Shown here in pieces: positions 53,385 through 64,000 of a stretch of DNA of 64,000 bases. The position numbers and the translations under genes were made by a program. Location: contig NC_058368.1 in NCBI RefSeq assembly GCF_018350175.1, forward strand, positions 226,240,001 to 226,304,000, read 5' to 3'. Source of the stretch: Felis catus (lineage: Eukaryota). The notes below the pieces were generated by a model. The model was not told the origin of the DNA and did not search any database. It saw nothing but the letters and a program-made list of their open reading frames with translations. How positions within the stretch are numbered: the first letter of the stretch is position 1; each line of letters opens with the position of its first letter.

Positions 53385-54740
53385 TAATTGTTTCCCAGTT
53401 TTACTGAAATGTAATTGACATATAACATTGTGTAAGTTTAAGGTGTACTGTGTAATGTTTTGATGTATGTCTGTATTATGAAATGATCACCACAATACAT
53501 TTAATTAATGTTGATCACTCATGTAGTTGCAATGTCTTTTCCTATTATAAGACCTTTTAAGATGTACTCTTTTAGCAACTTTCAAATATACAATACGGTA
53601 TTGATAACGATAGCCACCATGCTGAAAATTACACTCCCAGAGCTTATTTATTTATAACTGGAAGTGTGTACCTTTCGACCACAGTTACCCATTCCCTCCA
53701 TCCACCATGACCCCACTTCTGGCAACCACCAATCAATTCTCTGGTTTTATGAGTGTGATTCTTTTAGGTTTCCCATGTAAGTGAAATGCCGTATTTGTGT
53801 TTCTCTGCCTTATTTCACTTAGCATATTTCACTTGAGCATCACTTATCTCACTTGAGCATCTTGTCCTCAAGATTCACCCAGGTTGTTGCAAATGGCAGA
53901 ATTTCCCTCTTTTTTATGGCTAATATTCCATTGTATATGTATACCACTTTTTCTTTAACCATATATCCATTGATAGGCACTTAGACTATTTCCATGTCCT
54001 GGCTATTTTGCATAATGCTGCAATGAACATGGGAGTGCATATATCTCTTTAAGGCAGTGATTTCATTTCCTTTGTATATATACCCAGAAGTGGCATTTCT
54101 GGATCACATGGCAGTTCTGTATTTAATTTCTGAGGATCCTCCATACTGTTTTCCATAGTGGCTACGCCAACCTACATTCCTACCAACTGTACATAAAACT
54201 TCCCTTTTTTTTCAAATTGTCACCAGGGCTTGTCTCTGGTCTTTTTGATGTTGGCCATTCTAACAGGTTTGAAGTGATATGTTATTGTTGTGGTTTTGAT
54301 TTGCATTTCCCTGATGGTTAGTGATGTTGAGCACATTTTTCTATACCTGATGGACATTTGAATATCTCCTTTGGGAAAATGTCTATTCAGGTCTTTTGCT
54401 CATTTATTGAATTGTTCTTGTTTTGTTTTGTTTTGCTACTGAGTTGGATGAGTACTTATATATTGTGATATTAACTCTTATCAGACTTGTGGCTTGTAGA
54501 TATTTTCTCCCATTCCATAGGTTGCCTTTTCATTTTGTTAATGGTTTCTTTTGCGAGGCAGAAGCTTTTCAGTTTGATGTAGTCCCATTTAATTATTTTT
54601 GCATTGCTGCTTGTGGTTTAGGTGTCATAGCCATAAAATCAATCACCAAGACCAATTTCAAGAAGTTTCCTTTGTGTTTTCTTCTAGTAGTTTTATGGTT
54701 TCAAGAGTTTAGATTTAAGTCTTCGATCCATTTTGAGCTT
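53385..54740 (-). mobile_element. L1 (L1MA-like) 3'UTR and ORF2 end, antisense
   Basis: aattgacatataacattgtgtaagtttaagg, ttgatttgcatttccctgatggttagtgatgttgagca, gcagaagcttttcagtttgatgtagtccc. Confidence 0.92.
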
Positions 54741-55584
54741 TCAGGAGGAGTGGGGTTTTTGACTTGTGACTGAGGGGGGCTTTCTCCAAAATCAGAGCAT
54801 CTCTAGTTGCTGTATAGTCCAGGGTGCAGGTGGCCATGTAGGACATTGGCCGACCCATGCACAAATGTCTCTGTGCAAATTAGGAAAAGGTGCCTACTCT
54901 TGATGGATGCAGCCCAATGCTGGGGTACATGGTTGGCACACAGCACACATGCTGTCTTTCAATCCCCACTCTCTTCCTTGGCTGGCCACATGTGCATAGG
55001 TTCACCCTGTCTGCCTGAGTGGGGTGACCTTAATGATGGGCTGGGACTTCCCAAGGTTCATCCTGAGAGGCCAAGACGGTGGAGAAAGGAGAGTGTGCTT
55101 TCTGGTCTCTCATTTTTTGTGTTGTCCTGGATAAAAGACAGACATCTGAGCTTATTTTACTAGATTGGAAATACTTAATATGAATTCTTTGGATTCTTAA
55201 GGCTCCACAGACAGGCTTCTTTAGGTTTCCCTAAATCTTCCCGAACTTAGATAGCTTTTGTAGGCATGTGAGTATAGAGATTTTTCTACAAAAAGATTTC
55301 ATATCTTCACCATTCTCAAAGGGATCTGTAACCCCAACAGGCTCAAATTACTAGTCAAAGTATCCTTTGTAATTTAAGGATTAAACCAATGAGCACAAAT
55401 GAGAAGGAAGAAAGCATCTGATAAGGACTTGTTCTTTATTTCACTTTAATTGTCACAGTCCAATGAGCATAATATAAACATACAACGTTTTGTGAACAGC
55501 TACGCATTTGAAGAAACGTATTCTTACCCGCTCTGCACAGCCTCGGAAAGTAACTCTTGACCACTCTGATGCACAAGTTATTTA

Positions 55585-56042
55585 TTTTTCTTTCCAATAT
55601 ATGAAATTTATTGTCATATTGGTTTCCATACAACACCCAGTGCTCATCCCAAAAGGTGCCCTCCTCAATACCCATCACCCACCCTCCCCTCCCTCCCACC
55701 CCCCATCAACCCTCAGTTTGTTCTCAGTTTTTAAGAGTCTTTTATGCTTTGGCTCTCTCCCACTCTAGCCTCTTTTTTTTCCTTCCCCTCCCCCATGGGT
55801 TTCTGTTAAGTTTCTCAGGATCCACCTAAGAGTGAAACCATATGGTATCTGTCTTTCTCTGTATGGCTTATTTCACTTAGCATAACACTCTCCAGTTCCA
55901 TCCATGTTGCTACAAAGAGCCATATTTCATTCTTTCTCATTGCCACCTAGTACTCCATTGTGTATATAAACCACAATTTCTTTATCCATTCATCAGTTGA
56001 TGGACATTTAGGCTCTTTCCATAATTTGGCTATTGTTGAGAG
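55585..56042 (-). mobile_element. Young 5'-truncated carnivore/felid L1 (3'UTR)
   Basis: atatgaaatttattgtcatattggtttccatacaacacccagtgctcatccc 3' end; perfect 15 bp TSD tgcacaagttattta at 55570 and 56043. Confidence 0.93.
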
Positions 56043-56699
56043 TGCACAAGTTATTTAATCAATAAATCTGAAAGATTTAATAATAAGAACTCTATAAATG
56101 AGAGCTTTTTGATATTTATATTATTATTGTTATTATTTTTATCATTATTGGAAAAATAGACCTATCAGAGGCAGATTGAGGGCTTTAAAGTTTTTGGTGA
56201 CATTTTCTTTTCCTTTCTGCTGCGTTCCTTTTTGTTGCTAACCTCATTCTATATAATTTTAGAAACAAATGCCAAAATTTCTAAGGTAAGATATACATCC
56301 CCCTGATTACACCTTGGAGATCTATTAAATTTAACCTTTAAATAATTTAACAGCTATTAACAATGTACAGTGAACAGGAGTTAGAAGATCATACTGTGAA
56401 AAATGGGCAGAAAGAGTAAAGATGAGTAGGCAGAAGGCATAAATCCACTGGGTGAAATGATGCACAAATATTAGAAACAACTTTATTTCCCTTGGATTTG
56501 GGTTTAAGGCCAATCTTGAATTTTTAGACTTTTGGGGATCCTTTTGGATTTAGAAAGTAGCTAGTACACAGGTCTGAATGTTCAGAGAACATGATGCCTG
56601 GCTGAGTCCTGAAACTCCCTTCAGTCCTCAGCTGACTCTGTTGTGTGGACAGTGCCCTTTCAATATCTAGGACATTCTTAGGGACCGTCAAAAATCACA

Positions 56700-57290
56700 T
56701 CTAAGACAATGAAGAATATACATACCTGTTTGGAAATCTATAAAACAAACAAACAAAAAAAAATGGAAGCATGTCAGAAAATACATGGGAGCGAGCAAAG
56801 GGAGATAGTAATAAAATTATTGTTATTTGAGCATGCCAGAAGTAGCTGGACCAGATGGAGGAAATGGAAGATGTCTCACAGGTCACAGGTCATCAAATCC
56901 AGTGGTGGATTCTTTGAGGGAACTCAATCCCATGACTATCTGCTGGAGTACCATTGGGCTGAAAGTAGAATGTCTGATATACTTTTGACCAGCTTCTCTT
57001 ACAAGCTGATTTTTCCAAAAAGAGGACAGATAAATAGGAGAATTGGTCCTATGGCTTCAATTCTGATGAACAAAGAGGATTTAATTTCAGAGGGGGAAGT
57101 TAAAGATATCATTGAAGAACATCCCTATTACTTTGGAACGTTTTTGACAGGAAGAGAAGACTTATCAAGTATGGGATCTAGATTTAAGAAAATGGGTAAT
57201 TGCATGTTATGAAAATTGGACGTGGGAAATGCTCAAGAGGGATGAGCAACTCCTAAAAGTCAAATGGTGAGCATGTAGCCCCAAAGCAGA
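56700..57290 (+). mobile_element. CR1/L3 LINE remnant (ORF2 endonuclease region)
   Basis: AESRMSDILLTSFSYKLIFPK...ILMNKEDLISEGEVKDIIEE resembles the CR1 APE motif S.xFL...DNF+.QK...TRG...LDLILTNKEELV.EVEV. Confidence 0.65.
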
Positions 57291-57357
57291 AGGAAATGAA
57301 AGGAAACAAGATTATATTCCCAAGAATTGGGAACTGTGCTGGTGAGGCTAAAACCCT

Positions 57358-57740
57358 TGCCATAGACTGATGTTTGTGCCCTCCACCTCACCCCCATCCC
57401 TACCCCACCAATTCATATGTTGAAATCTAATCCCCAAATCGATGGTGTTTGAAGGTGGAACTTTTGAAAGCTGATTAGGTCGTGAAGATGGAGCCCTCGT
57501 GAATGGGATTCGTTCCCCCATAAAACAGTCCAGAGATCTCTTACCTCTTCTGCCATGTGAGGATATAGTGAGAAGATGGCTTCTGTGAATCAGGAAGAGG
57601 GTCCTCACCTGACACCACATCTCTGGTGCTTTGATCTTGGACTTGCCATCCTCCAGAACTGTGATAAATAAATTTCTGTTGCTTACAAACCAACCAGTCT
57701 ATAATATTTTTGTGGTATAAACCCAAATGGACTAAAACAG
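57358..57740 (+). mobile_element. MLT1A-like MaLR solo LTR
   Basis: tcatatgttgaaatctaatcccc, ccagaactgtgataaataaatttctgttg, aaatggactaaaaca. Confidence 0.88.
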
Positions 57741-58014
57741 CCCTAAAGACAGTAACAGTGGCTTTCTAGAATTTCTTTAGAAAGAGCAGATTTATGGCTT
57801 GAGCACTCCTGGGATAATTATGCTATATTTCTGGATGACAGTAAAATCACAACTTTCCATGGCTATTTTCTTTCTGTTTTATTTGTATTTTAAACATGGA
57901 AAACCGTCATTGGTAGGTGGGGATTGAAACATAAGATATATGAATAAATGAAAATGAAACTTTGGCTATTCTACTTTTTTGGCTCAGGCAGTTGCCTTCC
58001 AAAGACCAGAAGTA

Positions 58015-58190
58015 ATAATAGCTATGATTTATTGGATGCTTAGAAGTTCCAGGCATTGTACTAAGTGTTTTAAATGAATTATCTTGTGTAATCTACAGAA
58101 ATTCTTTGGGAGAAGGTATTCATTAATATCCTCATCTTATATGTGATAGAAATTGGGTTCAGAAAGGTTGATGACCTATTCCAAGGGGCA
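58015..58190 (-). mobile_element. MIR
   Basis: ccaggcattgtactaagtgttttaaatgaattatctt ... gaaattgggttcagaaaggt. Confidence 0.65.
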
Positions 58191-59104
58191 AAAATAAAAG
58201 TTAATACACGATCAATCTCCCAGACTGCAATACAGAAAGAGCTTGCAAATAAAAATGGTAAATCATTTTCCATAATTTTTGAGGTATTGTGAAAAAAGGC
58301 AATGGTGCTCCTTGGGATAGGAGCAGAGCTCAAGGATGGAAGAAAAAGGGTGTCTAAAAAGGGTGGAAATACAACCAACTTTCTGCCAGTGGGCAGATAT
58401 CATCCCTGCAGAGGGATGTTGACGGCTCAGAAGAAAGGATTCCTCTTCTTATCTGGTCTATCATTGGGGGTCCTTTTTTCAATTCCTTTGCCTGAAAGTA
58501 GAAACATCCTAATTTACACAAAAGTGCCTTGTGCTCTAGAGGTCCAGGATGAAAAGTGGAATAAATAAATGAAGGAATGAGTGTGAGAAGATTAAAAAGA
58601 GAGAAAATGTGAATTCAATTTACAACAAGATGAATAAGGTAGGTTTTGAGTACTAGCGGCCAGTAAGATTGACTTCCGTCCTGGGCAAGATTCCTGGAAA
58701 GGCTTATTAAGGGAATGATTTGTCTTCCACTGTCTCACTTGTCTGAGGTATTTTTTGAAAAGTTGACAGCAGGGATTACATTAACATATACACCCTGGCA
58801 GAGAGAGCCTTATATGGGCTTAACATGTATGTTTAAAATATATATTTGTATGTTTATATGCATTTATTCATTTTAAGATAATAGTGCTCAATAATTATTT
58901 TTTAAAGAATGGGTAAATGTGTAATAAGAGAGTAAGGTCAAAACGAGTCCCCATATTGATAGCTGCTTTTAAATTAATTTGGTCATAGAATCTGCCATCG
59001 ACACAGTAATGACAATGATCTCAGTCATTTTTCTGGTCTCAGATGCAACGTGCCTTCCTTGGGTAAATCTTCCTTGACTTCAAAATTTAAATCAGATCTC
59101 TCCT

Positions 59105-59235
59105 CATTATTATTATTTTCTTTTTACACTTTATTTTATTTATTTAAGTAATCTGTACACCCACCTTGGGGCTCAAACTCACGACCCTGAGATCAAGAAT
59201 CGCATGCTCTTCTGACTGAACCAGCCAGGCTCCCC
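59105..59235 (-). mobile_element. Short-type CAN-SINE
   Basis: aagtaatctgtacacccaccttggggctcaaactcacgaccctgagatcaag ... ccagccaggctcccc. Confidence 0.88.
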
Positions 59236-59762
59236 TCTCTTTGTTCTTCTTGCTTAAAGCACCTAAATTCTTTGCCTTCATTTCATTTGCTACAGGGGGG
59301 TAATTTATGTCTACTGGTGTGTACTCATTTAAAGCTTTCCCACCACAACAGCGACTGAATCTTTCATTCTATTGTCGTACCTCCAACACAGCAGAATGTC
59401 CAGCACATAGAAGCCACCTGATAAAATTTTGTTGAATTAAAGACATGAACGAAAAAGGAGGGAACATCTCTGGACCACTGTGTTATTACTGCCATTCTGG
59501 ATAGCACACTTTAAATGCATATGGACAAAGAAGAGTATATTGAGAACAGAGGAGCCAACCCATTATTGCAGTCAATTCTGAAAACTTTACAGGAGAATTG
59601 ATTCTAAGTTACATGAAGAAACTCATATAGGAGTCATCCATATGAGTCTTTCAGCCCATTGAGAAAAGTCTGAAGGTAATGAGTAGGGACATGGACAATG
59701 ACAGTTGGCTAATTGTCTACAGATATTGCAAGAGTCATCTCTGAAGAAGGGAGCATGCACTC

Positions 59763-59785
59763 CACACACACACACACACACACAC
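59763..59785. repeat. (CA)n microsatellite
   Basis: Dinucleotide run followed by a C-rich tract. Confidence 0.9.
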
Positions 59786-62604
59786 CTACATCCCACCCCC
59801 CCCCCAACCATTTTTAATTTGTCCCTTGATGGTATTCTAGGACCAACATTGGCAATGATAAATACTGGAAGGTAAACATTTGAGATAGGTGTAAAAAAAG
59901 ATTGTATTTAATAGTCAAATCTGCCGCCAAATAGAATGGATAACTGTAGGGAGCCTTCAGATCTTCAATGAGACAAACAGCAGCTACAGTAGACTAGGCA
60001 TAATTAGGAAATAGCATGCAAGTTGGACCAGAAGGAAATGGACAGCACTGGAGAGTTCTGGTTCCTCATGGCTGTCTTGAACTTGTGTGGGCTGGTCAGA
60101 TGACCTTTGGCTTCTTCGAACCCCAGAGTTCTGCAGAAATGAGTGTAAAATTCATAGTTCTTCGAATCTTGATCATCCGTGGCACTCTGAAAGAGGCTAA
60201 CGTAGAAAATCTGGCCTTTCATATTTGAAGTATATAGGCTATGTCACTGAAACTGTAGTGTTTTATAAACTCATAACAAATGGGTTATGATTTAATAACT
60301 TTACTTTTTCAAATGGAACATGAGAAATCTAAGCAATTGCTCCAAAATGCCTAACTATTAACCTTGATTTATTGGTAGCCAAAGCAATTACATATTCTTG
60401 GTAATGTAAGCCCTATGTAGACACAGTATTAATATTTATTAAATATACAGCAAAAAGAACTGAACTATTTTTTTCCAACAAACCAAAATTCAGCACATTT
60501 TGACTAGCAAATAATACCGTTAAACACAACTATGAGCATGTAACTTAGACTTTTCATCTTCTCAAACACCATAGTCCAAGACTGAACTGCTGTGGGCCAA
60601 TCTCTTAGGAATAGATGCAGTCTGGCCAGATGTCTTCATCTTTGTTCACCATATGTAGGTCATAGAATGAGTGCTTCGATATTCTGGAAAGTAATTGTCT
60701 TTGGAACAAAGATGATAAAATGCTTCAATATTTTATGTTATTTATATATCATTTATATTCATTTTCTTCCATCATCCCACACTCCTTCAAACATGACACC
60801 AAATACTACTTGAGAAGAGAGAAACACAATATCTTTCACAGTTTATGGTGTTTGTAGGTGTGCATTATTATTTTTCTACTTTATATTTTTGCACTTACAA
60901 TTACTAAGAACATCATTTTAATATTCACTGCTCATCAGACCCATTTGACTGGAAACAATGATCATACATCAGCGAGTTTGGGGAACACAGGGTTTTATTA
61001 GTGCACACGATACATAAAAATGCCCTAGATTCAGCAGGGATGTTCTCTTCTCAATTATAATTAATATTGCACAAGCCCTGTTGCCAATTTTTCTCAACTC
61101 ATTTTTTTCCCTTCAAACTTCTTTTTAATCTTGCTTCTTTCCCACAAATTATGAGGCAAACTGGCTGTGCTGAGGCAATCTTCAGGACCAATAAATCAAG
61201 AGTTCCCATAAAACTGTACAATTTCTTGCTGATGGCACTTGAAGAGGAAAGTTATTAAATCATTACTCATTTAATATGAATTTTTAGGATGCTCCAACAC
61301 TTCTCACTATATACTTTGCCTGGTACAGTCATAGTACAGAAATCTAGATATTGCATACAAAACGTGGGCAAGTTCTTAGTGATTTTCAGGGTTTAATAGT
61401 TGGTGCACTGTTACTAATGACAGGAAAGATGAGCCGATAACTTTCAAGAATGCCTCTTTTCCTTTACCTGCAATATCCAGGGCCGGATGCCATGCCACAA
61501 TGGAAAAAAAATGGACTGGAGTCAAGTATGCAGATACAACACCCTTGCTTGGTTATCTCATGGAGTGGGACTCTCTAAATCATCTCTGCATTCCCATGGC
61601 TTTGCCTTGCAGACTGTAGATTGCCAGTGATTGATGAGATGAATTTAATGCTTAGTCATTAGAGAGAAAAGGTAAGACACAAAGCCATGTAGATGAAGAA
61701 AGTTACTCATCTTGTCAGACAAGTGAGCTGATCCTTTGCTTTTCTTGGAAGTGGAGCAGCGAGAGTGGGGTCCCCTCGAGTGTGGTAGTAGTAGGCTTTA
61801 TAGCTGGGACGAAGATTCTTCTCCATGGGGCAAGAGTTGATCTCTTAAAGCACCTGAGGTCGTGACAGTCCTGAAGCACGAGGCTTCAAATTTTATTTGT
61901 AGTCCACGATTAGGAGGTTTCCAAGGACAGAAAATCCTGGCCCACGGCTATATTTTTATAAAAATCTGCTCTATCATAAATTTCAGGGGTACATGTGCTT
62001 CTGTGTGGACTGAAAGAAAATCTCTCAGAAGGTGACTGTTAGTTTTTAGTCCACCAAAATCCCTCTCAGTAAACTGCCTGAGATACTGAATGGTGACCTG
62101 CTGAATGGCATGTGTTGCGGAGAGAATCCAAGAAAGCTGATTTTTCCTCAGTGTTGTGTCCCTCCTATGAGGGCTTTTACAACGATAATGTCACCTACGA
62201 TGGTCTGAGCACCAGTTGATGTGGTTTTGTTTATTTAACCAACCACAGGGTAGGATCGCCCCGTGGGAAAAGCTAGAAGGAGAACACTTGAACCCGAAGT
62301 TTCAGTCCCCTTAAGGGGCCCCTACCTAAAACTCTACCATTACCAATGCATTTTTTGCCCTAAGTCTCATCATCTTCCTCTAGTTTCCTTTTTCAAATAG
62401 CCCAGATATATATTAATATATTAAGTCACTCATCAACACCTTAGGGTAAAAGAATTTGTCACATCCATATGCAGCAGGAAAAGGTAGGGAGACAAAAAGC
62501 TCAGTGTAGTGGTGGGGGCATAGGAAAATTTTTCAATAAAAATGGTTTTATTGTGGCTTGCGGAACCCATATGTAAGCATCAATTTTATAGGACTCTCTT
62601 GTCC

Positions 62605-62815
62605 CAAGAAGAATTTCTCCCATTTTATTTATTGATAGGGTGGGAAAATTCTTTGGTGTGTAGGGCTGTCCAGAACATTGTAGGATGTTTAGCAGTATCC
62701 TACCTTCTACCTAGCCTGTTATGACAGTTGTGACCAGTTATGACAACAAAAAACATCCTAGATGTTGCCAGACGTCACCCTGGAGGGCAAAATCTCCTCT
62801 TATTGAGAACCACGG
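62605..62815 (-). mobile_element. MER20 (hAT-Charlie) DNA transposon
   Basis: cattgtaggatgtttagcag, gatgttgccagacgtcaccctggagggcaaaatc, ttgagaaccac match the reverse complement of MER20. Confidence 0.8.
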
Positions 62816-63919
62816 GTCTAATGTAAATTGTAATCAAGATGTTAAGGGTAGAAGTCAGTATAACTGATTTCTCCCATAGATGGAGCTCTTGTTCAACAAA
62901 GCGCCTCATTAAAAGGGCAATGGCAAATCTAACCAGAAGGAATAACACCGTTAATTCAATGGTCACTTAATCAACTGCACACTGTCCCTTGGTCTTGCCC
63001 CTCTTTGAATCAGCAGGAAATGGCAGCACTGGAGAGTTCTGGTTTGTAATGGCTGCCTTGACCCTCTGTGGTCTGGCCAGAAAGGCTGATTTTGAAGATG
63101 GAAGGTGCCAGTTATCCAGGCCTCATCCAGAGGGAGTCCGAGGCCACGGTGGGTGAACGCCAAGCTTTGCAGAGCATTGCCCAGAGCAGCAGGCCGTTGA
63201 CATGCTTTCAATATTGCCGAAATTGTTCCTCGTTACTCTGTACATTTTGTCTTTAAATGGCTTCCATTGTTTTATGTGGTCTGTGTACCCACCTCATTTC
63301 TTTCAGCTGGCAGCCGTAATATTTCCAGCGGTTAGCTTGTTTAACAGAAGTTCTTTGGATGTTTAGGCTGAGGAGTCGACATCAAGTTGAGGGGTAGAGG
63401 TGAGGGTTTGAAATCCATAGCCCTGAGATGAGAGGCAACTTCTCATAAAATGTCCTGTTACCCAAAAGGAGAAGGAATCTTCTTTGGGCACTCAAAGCGA
63501 TGCGAAGCAGGTCTCAATAACCACTTTGAAACTTTGCTGGAATTATATGAAACGGGTTATGTGTGCGCCAGGCCACTTGCCAGTTTCACTTACCACCTCA
63601 GGGCGATTTCGCACGACTGGAAAACGACACTGATGCTTTTGCAGGGGACTCACACTGCAGTCCTCACCCTTTTCTCTGCCATTTAGTTAGTGAGTAGCTT
63701 GACAAGTACAGAATACAGTGCATACTCAGAGCTGACACTCTCTTAATTTGTCACTAGCAGCAGTGTCCAGCAATAGGACTGAAATTCATCATCCCTGGGA
63801 TCGGTGGGCTGCACCTGTTTATTACCAATAAACTCTTTTAAACAAGTTTCACAAGAACTCCTGTTGTGTAGATAAATACCCCGTGGCCCCAAGGTTCAGG
63901 GCCCTAGAGAGCTTCCTTT

Positions 63920-64000
63920 AGATTCATTCATTCAACAAGTACTTTCTGTAGACATAAACTTTGTTCCGTCTTAGGCAATGATGTTCCTCCCAGATGCCAG
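63920..64000 (-). mobile_element. L2 3' end
   Basis: attcattcattcaacaagtactt motif. Confidence 0.55.

Noticed and set aside
53808..53862. Short tandem repeats of tcactt(g)agcat
   Set aside because: Local slippage duplication inside an L1 3'UTR.
1..64000. CRISPR array, operon, endogenous viral gene or second host gene (FBXL7 is the neighbour I recall by synteny)
   Set aside because: No repeat-spacer array, gag/pol/env or other recognisable exons were seen; the DNA is ordinary mammalian intronic and intergenic sequence.

Overview
Mammalian genomic DNA from a felid, inferred from about 22 tRNA-derived carnivore SINEs including near-consensus SINEC_Fc copies. The only supported protein-coding sequence is the final exon of MARCHF11 (MARCH11 RING-CH E3 ligase; + strand, 4273-4595, ending EVVMRVTSV*). 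It is preceded by the end of its last intron and followed by the 3'UTR and about 59 kb of repeat-rich intergenic DNA (CAN-SINEs, L1, MIR, L2, a CR1/L3 remnant, MaLR/ERVL LTRs, MER20, microsatellites). I found no evidence of a novel gene system. Points of moderate interest: a 0.5 kb non-L1 segment inserted into an L1 3'UTR without a TSD; a triple SINE stack at one target site; a young SINE without a TSD; a 68 bp diverged direct repeat; a CR1 endonuclease remnant still open for 167 codons; and a tandem E-box pair. Repeat subfamily calls and boundaries were made by eye and are approximate.
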